The notes below the pieces were generated by a model. It was given only the letters and a program-made list of their open reading frames with translations. It searched no databases and was not told where the DNA came from. From contig DAIOGK010000017.1 of NCBI GenBank assembly GCA_036745275.1, positions 8,456 to 72,455 on the forward strand: a DNA stretch of 64,000 bases. Direction: 5' to 3'. Position 1 is the stretch's first letter. Every line of letters starts with the position of its first letter. The stretch comes from Beijerinckiaceae bacterium (GTDB taxonomy: Bacteria; Pseudomonadota; Alphaproteobacteria; Rhizobiales; Beijerinckiaceae). A program made the position numbers and the translations under genes. Below, piece after piece: positions 63,905 to 64,000 of the stretch.

Positions 63905-64000
63905 ATGAGGGTCCTGATAATCGGCGCGGCGGGCATGGTTGGTCGCAAGCTTGCGGAGCGGCTGGCCAAGGACGGGGCGCTGAACGGCAAGACGATCAGC
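63905..64000 (+). CDS. NAD-dependent epimerase/dehydratase family protein, N-terminal 32 codons (runs off the right edge)
   Basis: My own translation is MRVLIIGAAGMVGRKLAERLAKDGALNGKTIS, with a GxxGxxG Rossmann motif and a GAGGGTGAG SD. Confidence 0.6.
   Translation, partial: MRVLIIGAAGMVGRKLAERLAKDGALNGKTIS

Noticed and set aside
1-64000. Search for CRISPR arrays, IS elements/transposases, integrases, prophage genes, toxin-antitoxin pairs, rRNA
   Set aside because: I saw no regularly spaced direct repeats with unique spacers, no DDE/serine/tyrosine recombinase-like ORFs, no terminal inverted repeats flanking gene blocks, and no rRNA-like sequence. The only tandem repeat found is the 21-bp array upstream of argC.

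Overview
This is a gene-dense, high-GC chromosomal segment (about 60-65% G+C by eye). The gene content and order look alphaproteobacterial, Rhizobiales-like; that placement is inference from rplM-rpsI, argC, phaC, hom, glpX, recJ, ctaA and TctABC/Bug systems. I recognise about 60 protein genes, one tRNA-Glu(UUC), several intrinsic terminators and a few candidate regulatory elements. I saw no rRNA, CRISPR array, transposase/IS element or prophage block.

Functional blocks, left to right:
(1) 1-8560: a Wzy-dependent polysaccharide locus. It holds a Wzy/ligase-like protein, a WbaP-type initiating transferase, a GT4, a Wza-like lipoprotein, an ExoP/Wzc-like co-polymerase with a degenerate ATPase domain, a CelD-type GNAT and a NodB deacetylase. 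It resembles holdfast/unipolar-polysaccharide loci.
(2) ctaA, tctCBA, metY, and small acyl-CoA genes.
(3) A membrane adenylate cyclase, rplM-rpsI, an orphan two-gene cassette, a GAF-GGDEF cyclase and a BacA-like transporter.
(4) An enolase-superfamily gene, argC (preceded by a striking 21-bp phased repeat array), an FAH-family gene and a FadL-type porin.
(5) A YfhO-like membrane protein plus a Wzm/Wzt ABC exporter.
(6) phaC, an aminotransferase, hom, ktrAB-like genes, an acyltransferase, glpX, recJ and tRNA-Glu.
(7) TetR/SDR/shikimate dehydrogenase, a ferredoxin, class I fumarase and an HlyB/HlyD-type type I secretion pair with no substrate in the window.
(8) Threonine dehydratase coupled to a 3-dehydroshikimate-dehydratase-like gene, an oxidoreductase, an orphan TctC, MarR and an aldose epimerase.

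All calls rest on motif and domain recognition by eye plus gene context. No database search was run, and start codons are my best choices. Many long ORFs in the track are antisense artefacts typical of high-GC DNA and were rejected.

The most unusual signals I can defend from the sequence are:
- the phase-locked 21-bp repeats upstream of argC;
- a terminator-like hairpin inside the rplM leader, next to a very AT-rich island;
- an unlisted 58-codon signal-peptide ORF coupled to an orphan 225-aa gene;
- the substrate-less RTX-type T1SS embedded among housekeeping genes.
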